DNA from: Candidatus Hydrogenedentota bacterium
GTDB lineage: Bacteria > Hydrogenedentota > Hydrogenedentia > Hydrogenedentales > SLHB01
Reading direction: 5' to 3'
Length of the DNA stretch: 64,000 nucleotides
NCBI GenBank assembly: GCA_045863335.1
Contig: BTVY01000007.1
Coordinates: forward strand, 1 to 64,000
A model generated the notes under the pieces. It saw nothing but the letters and a program-made list of their open reading frames with translations, ran no database searches and was not told the origin of the DNA. Positions within the stretch are counted from its first letter, which is position 1. The number at the start of each line of letters is the position of its first letter. A program made the position numbers and the translations under genes. Shown here in pieces: positions 59,069-64,000 of the stretch.

Positions 59069-60471
59069 ACCGAATTTTGATCGTGGAGGACGAAGCGGGG
59101 ATGCGCCGCATCTTGGCCGTGCTGCTGCAGAAGGAAGGGCACGAGGTTCACGAAGCGGGCACACACAAGGAAGCGCTGAAGACCCTGAACGCGCAACCCC
59201 TGGACCTGATCATTACCGACCAGCGCCTGCCCGATGGCGAAGGTCTAATGGTGCTCGCCGCAGCGAAAGACGCGGACCCGTCCCTCCCCGTTATCGTTAT
59301 TACCGCCTACGCCTCGGTCGAACTTGCCGTGGAAGCCATGCGCGCAGGCGCATTCGATTTCATCACGAAGCCGTTCAATCCCGATACCGTGCGCGCGGCC
59401 GTATGGCGGGCCTGCAATCACGCGGCGCTCTTGCGCGAGAACGAACGCCTCCGCGATGAGGTCGGCCGTCTCGCCGCGGATACGGAACTGCTGGGCGAGA
59501 GTGCCGCCATGCAGACGGTGCGGGAATTCATCGTTCGTGCTTCGCCGACCAACGCCACCATCCTGATCACCGGCGAGACGGGTACGGGCAAAGAGCTGGT
59601 CGCCCGCGCCATTCACAAGGGCAGCGCGCGCTCGGAAGCGCCGTTTGTGGCGGTAAACTGCGCGGCCATGCCGGAAGACTTGCTGGAGAGCCAGTTGTTT
59701 GGCCACGAGAAAGGGGCCTTCACCGGTGCCGATCAAGCTCGACAGGGATTGTTCGAGGCTGCAAACAGGGGGACTCTCTTTCTCGACGAGGCCGGCGAGA
59801 TGTCCCTGAGTCTCCAGGCGAAGCTCTTGCGCGTGCTGGTGGACGGCGAACTGTTGCGTGTGGGTTCCACCAATCCGCGCAAGGTCGACGTGCGAATCAT
59901 TGCCGCCACGCACCGCAACCTGGAGCAACGCGTGAAGGACGGCACTTTTCGTGAAGACCTTTACTTCCGTCTTGCCGTGGTGCCCCTTGCGATTCCGCCG
60001 TTGCGCGATCGCCGGGACGATGTCCCAGGGTTACTCGAGCATTTCCTCACGGCCGTAGCTCAGGATCTGAAAGTCGCGCGAAAGACCATCGCGCCCGAAG
60101 CCGTGGCGGCCTTGAAGAGTTATCCGTTCCCCGGCAATGTGCGCGAACTCCGGAACCTGATCGAGCGCGCGTACATCCTGGGGCGAAGGGAAGAATTGCG
60201 AGTTGAAGATTTCCCCGTGGCGAATGCACGAAGCTCAAAAGCTTCAGCACCCGCGTCCGATTCGGCCGAAGATTTCGTTCGCGCTTTGCCACAAGAACTG
60301 GATGCCCGATCATTCCTCGACGACGTCGAACGTCAACTCCTGATCCGCGCCCTCGACGCATCCGGCGGCGCACAGGCGGAAGCCGCGCGAAAGCTGGGCC
60401 TCTCCCGAAGCGATATGACGTACAAGGTGAAGAAATACGGCATCCGGGACCACACGTCCCAAGGAAGCTGA
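59065..60471 (+). CDS. sigma54-dependent (NtrC-family) response regulator
   Basis: REC domain, GETGTGKE, GAFTGA, FLDE, FREDLYFRL, PGNVREL, Fis-type HTH. Confidence 0.96.
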   Translation: MNRILIVEDEAGMRRILAVLLQKEGHEVHEAGTHKEALKTLNAQPLDLIITDQRLPDGEGLMVLAAAKDADPSLPVIVITAYASVELAVEAMRAGAFDFITKPFNPDTVRAAVWRACNHAALLRENERLRDEVGRLAADTELLGESAAMQTVREFIVRASPTNATILITGETGTGKELVARAIHKGSARSEAPFVAVNCAAMPEDLLESQLFGHEKGAFTGADQARQGLFEAANRGTLFLDEAGEMSLSLQAKLLRVLVDGELLRVGSTNPRKVDVRIIAATHRNLEQRVKDGTFREDLYFRLAVVPLAIPPLRDRRDDVPGLLEHFLTAVAQDLKVARKTIAPEAVAALKSYPFPGNVRELRNLIERAYILGRREELRVEDFPVANARSSKASAPASDSAEDFVRALPQELDARSFLDDVERQLLIRALDASGGAQAEAARKLGLSRSDMTYKVKKYGIRDHTSQGS

Positions 60472-60524
60472 AGTTCAGGGCCTTCCTGCTGTCCCTTCCC
60501 TGTTGTCTCTGCTGTCCCTTGCGC

Positions 60525-63500
60525 CTACTGCAAATCGGCTTCAAACGAATAGGACCCCGCGCCGATTTTGAAAACGACGCCGCCCTCGACCGGCTTGATA
60601 TCGCTTACTCCATCCGCCTCCGCCAGCGCCACGCCGCCTTCCGTCACGGACTCCGGATCGCTCGTGGGCACGTGAACGGTGGCCGTCGTGTTCGGCGGCA
60701 CGGTCACGGCCCACTCGAACGTGCCGCCCTTGCGCTTCCACGAGCTGGCGATGGTGCCATACAGCGATTCATGCGTGGCGCGCACGAAGTCGAGACCTTC
60801 GACGGGGACTGGTTTCAGCACGATCTGCTTAAAGCCCGGCGCTGCCGGATCGGGACGAATGCCGCCGAGGTATTCGTAGAACCACATGACGAGATCGCCG
60901 ACGAGCATGACGTGGTTGTGGGAGTTCATGGCGGGATCGGCGGTGTTGCCGTTCCACAACTCCCAAATCGTCGTCGCGCCGTTCTCGATCATATATCCCC
61001 AACTCGGGTAATCCGTCTGCGTCGCGAGCGTGTATACCACGTCCGGACGCCCGCCGTCGGATAGGGCGCGCGTCAACCACTGACCACCGATGAGCCCCGT
61101 GCCAACGTGGCCATCGGTTCCGATCATGATCTTGTCGACAAGCGCATTGAACACCGCATCGCGCTGATCTTCGGGAACCATGCCGAAGGCCAACGGCAAC
61201 AGGCTCGCCGTCTGCGAACCGTTGTCGTAGTCGTGGGTATCCTCGTTGAGGAATCGATTGTTGAAAGCGGCTTTCATCTCCGCGGCCAGCGCGCGAAATC
61301 CCTTCGCATCTTCGGGCTTCGCCAGCAAATCAGCGTAGCTTGCCATCAAATCGAGATCCCGGTAGAAGTACGCCGTCGCAATCACCGGCGCGTTCGTCTT
61401 CCGCTTGGGATCGTTCGAGTGGATGAGGATTGGATCCTCCGGCGGCACGCACCAATCGCCATACGAGTCCTTCGAGATGATCCCGTCCTCGATGAACTGC
61501 GTCATGTAGTCGATCCACTGTTTCATTCCGTCGTAATGGCGTTCGAGAACGCGGATGTCGCCGTACTGGTCGTACAAGGCGCCCGGCACGATGATGAAAC
61601 TGCTGGGCCACGTGACGTCGTCGTTGTAGAACGGGTAATACGAGGGGCAGACATCCGGCACGCTGCCGCTCTCGCGCTGCGCATCGTCCATGTCCTGCAC
61701 CCATTTCGCATACAACGCGGCGATCTGGAACAGATAGGTCTCGCCGCGCGACTCTTCCGACCGGTCGCCGAGCCAGCCTTGCCGCTCGTCGCGTTGGGGA
61801 CAGTCCGTCGGCATGCTGCGGTAATTGCCGCGCGTGCCCCAAACGACATTGTGGTGGATTTGATTCAGCAGCGGGTGCGAGGTTTCAAACGATCCCGCGG
61901 GCGCGACGTCGTCGTGAACCACGCAGCCCTCAATCGTGCCCAGATCGGGTTCGCCCGGATAGCCGGTCAGTTCCACGTAGCGGAATCCGTGAAAGACGAA
62001 GCGTGGTTCGTAGGTTTCCGGACCGCCGCCTTTCAAGGTGTATTTATCCGTGACCTTCGCGGAACGGAGGTTGGCCAGGTACAAGGTGCCATCATCTTTG
62101 AGCACCTCGGCATGGCGGAGTTTAACCTGGGTACCCGCCGGGCCTTCCACCTTCAGGCGGCACCAGCCCACCATGTTCTGTCCCATGTCGTAGATGTATA
62201 CGCCGGGCTTGGGCTGCGCGACCGCCTTGGGCTTCAGCACTTCCGTGATGCGTATGGGCTCCTGCATCTGGGCCGACATCACGCCGCCGGGCGCGTCCAC
62301 GAGTTCAACGGACTGCCAAGCGCCGTCATCGAATCCGGCCTCCGACCAACCGGCGATTTCCATGCGCGCGTCGTAGACTTCGCCATCGAACTCGTTGTTT
62401 TCGCGAATCGGCCCTTCGGTGGTCAGCTTCCAGGACGCGTCGCTGACAACGTGCTGCACTGACCCGTCTGCATTTTCGACTTCCAACTGAAGGAGCAGCC
62501 TCGGGTACCCGTAAGTCCTGGCCCAGTCCCACCCCGGCCGCGGCGAGAAGTAGCGTCCATTACCCAGCATGACGCCAATTGCATTCGCGCCGTCCTGAAC
62601 GTTCTCCGTCACGTCGAAAGTCATGTAGAAGACGCGCTTGTCGAATTCGCTGCACGCCGGCGCGAGCACCTGGTCGCCAATCTTGTCGCCGTTTACATAC
62701 AATTCAAACACGCCCTGACCGCTCACGTACGCGGTGGCCCGTTTGATGGCCGGCGCCACCTCGAATTCCTTGCGCAACATGCGGGCGGGAAGTTCGTAGC
62801 CACCGGGAAGCGTAACCTCGCCCCACGGATCGATGCCGTTAGCGCCGAGCACTTGCGCGGCCTTCCAGTTCGCATCGTCGAAGCCGGCCGCGTGCCAGCC
62901 CTCGGCGACGCTTTCAGAAGTCGTCCACGAATCATCGGTCACGATGTTCATTGTCATGATGCCAGGCATGGTGATCGCGCAGGTCGCAATTACTCCCGCC
63001 GGATTGGCGCTGTCGCCCGCGTTCTCGGCGGATATGGCGATCACATTCGTGCCGGGCACCAGTTTCTCGAGAACGTTCATCTCGACTGCGGTGTGGAAAT
63101 CCGACCCTTGCCCCACTTCATTGCCGTTTACGAACAGCTTGAAGGAATTGTCCGCCGTCGCGTAGCACATCGCGCTTTCAATCGACTCCCCTTTCGGAAG
63201 CTCGAAGGTCTTTCGAAAGTACCGCGTACCCACTGGCGCCGACGACGCAGGCTCGCCGCCGGGGTGCCAGATCCAGTTCCCGGGAAGCGCCGGGCTTGGC
63301 TTGACGCCGCTGTCGAGACCAATCCACTGCGCTTCCCAATCCGCGGGTTCGAGCAAGCCCATGGACCATGACGCAACTTCGCTCCATGGGGACGCGATGT
63401 TGTTCCCGTCCCACACCCGCACTTTCCAGTAACATTGCTGGCGCGAGGTCAGCGGCGCTCCTGCGTACTCCACATGTACGGATTGGCCGGACTCCACCCT

Positions 63501-63770
63501 GCCGGTATTCCAGAGATCGGCGTCAGCCTCGTTGAGCTTCTCGGGCGTTGATGCGACCAGGATCTCGTAGGCGGATTGCACGGCGCCGCGCTCCGCAGAT
63601 TCGATGCGCCAGCTCAATCGCGGCTCAGTCGTGTCGATACCAACCGGATTGGACCGGTATTCACATTTCAGATCGATCAGGGAAAGGTCTGCGGCAAAAG
63701 ATGTGTGTTGCATGATAAGCACCAGTGTGAAGATTGCGGTCAAACGGATGGTTGTATGCATGGCGATCAA
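60525..63770 (-). CDS. secreted alpha-L-rhamnosidase (GH78)
   Basis: Signal peptide, DMGQNMVGW, PTDCPQRDERQGWLGD, GATTIWELW, MNSHNH. Confidence 0.93.
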   Translation of the reverse strand: MIAMHTTIRLTAIFTLVLIMQHTSFAADLSLIDLKCEYRSNPVGIDTTEPRLSWRIESAERGAVQSAYEILVASTPEKLNEADADLWNTGRVESGQSVHVEYAGAPLTSRQQCYWKVRVWDGNNIASPWSEVASWSMGLLEPADWEAQWIGLDSGVKPSPALPGNWIWHPGGEPASSAPVGTRYFRKTFELPKGESIESAMCYATADNSFKLFVNGNEVGQGSDFHTAVEMNVLEKLVPGTNVIAISAENAGDSANPAGVIATCAITMPGIMTMNIVTDDSWTTSESVAEGWHAAGFDDANWKAAQVLGANGIDPWGEVTLPGGYELPARMLRKEFEVAPAIKRATAYVSGQGVFELYVNGDKIGDQVLAPACSEFDKRVFYMTFDVTENVQDGANAIGVMLGNGRYFSPRPGWDWARTYGYPRLLLQLEVENADGSVQHVVSDASWKLTTEGPIRENNEFDGEVYDARMEIAGWSEAGFDDGAWQSVELVDAPGGVMSAQMQEPIRITEVLKPKAVAQPKPGVYIYDMGQNMVGWCRLKVEGPAGTQVKLRHAEVLKDDGTLYLANLRSAKVTDKYTLKGGGPETYEPRFVFHGFRYVELTGYPGEPDLGTIEGCVVHDDVAPAGSFETSHPLLNQIHHNVVWGTRGNYRSMPTDCPQRDERQGWLGDRSEESRGETYLFQIAALYAKWVQDMDDAQRESGSVPDVCPSYYPFYNDDVTWPSSFIIVPGALYDQYGDIRVLERHYDGMKQWIDYMTQFIEDGIISKDSYGDWCVPPEDPILIHSNDPKRKTNAPVIATAYFYRDLDLMASYADLLAKPEDAKGFRALAAEMKAAFNNRFLNEDTHDYDNGSQTASLLPLAFGMVPEDQRDAVFNALVDKIMIGTDGHVGTGLIGGQWLTRALSDGGRPDVVYTLATQTDYPSWGYMIENGATTIWELWNGNTADPAMNSHNHVMLVGDLVMWFYEYLGGIRPDPAAPGFKQIVLKPVPVEGLDFVRATHESLYGTIASSWKRKGGTFEWAVTVPPNTTATVHVPTSDPESVTEGGVALAEADGVSDIKPVEGGVVFKIGAGSYSFEADLQ

Positions 63771-63858
63771 AGTCCCGTGACGTTGGTATCCCCCAATGCC
63801 CGGCGCAACGCGAACGGATTACCCCTCGTCCGCGAACCTGCCGAACCCATCCAGTGTA

Positions 63859-63999
63859 TCAAATCCGCGCCTGGTCCGTCGCTTCCTCGCGGAACATCGG
63901 GCCCTTGACCTGAATCTCGTCCCGCTCCTCGGGGGTAAGCGGTTTGGCTTCGCCGGGAACCAGCCCGTCCGCCCCGATGATGATCTGGCTCGTACCGTC
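63859..63999 (-). CDS. C-terminal fragment of a gene running off the window
   Basis: Open frame ...DGTSQIIIGADGLVPGEAKPLTPEERDEIQVKGPMFREEATDQARI*, mostly G/C in third codon positions. Confidence 0.45.
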   Translation of the reverse strand, partial: DGTSQIIIGADGLVPGEAKPLTPEERDEIQVKGPMFREEATDQARI

Positions 64000-64000
64000 T

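Overview
This GC-rich 64 kb window has about 58 CDSs. I saw no rRNA, tRNA or CRISPR array. A DUF1559 prepilin-like gene and a Tat-signal Gfo/Idh/MocA gene suggest Ca. Hydrogenedentes or a PVC-like lineage (inference). Housekeeping genes (recJ, cmk, mtnA, rsmA, an archaeal-type glmU-like gene, pap/ppk2) alternate with accessory genes, REP-like palindromes, a RAYT transposase remnant and a decayed VapBC-type pair. The most notable region is a putative envelope/redox-stress supercluster at about 43-60.5 kb with three parts. (i) A TonB-dependent receptor, YfiR, hybrid kinase and CxxC-tailed response regulator, followed by PPK2 and a DUF1559 gene. (ii) A divergent PilZ-pspA-2TM-pspB-pspB-pspC operon behind a consensus sigma54 promoter. 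(iii) A second sigma54-type promoter before a signal-peptide-bearing rubrerythrin, a His-rich DUF2231 membrane protein, an MddA-like methyltransferase and a kinase/NtrC-type pair. All family calls come from reading motifs by eye; no searches or computations were run.
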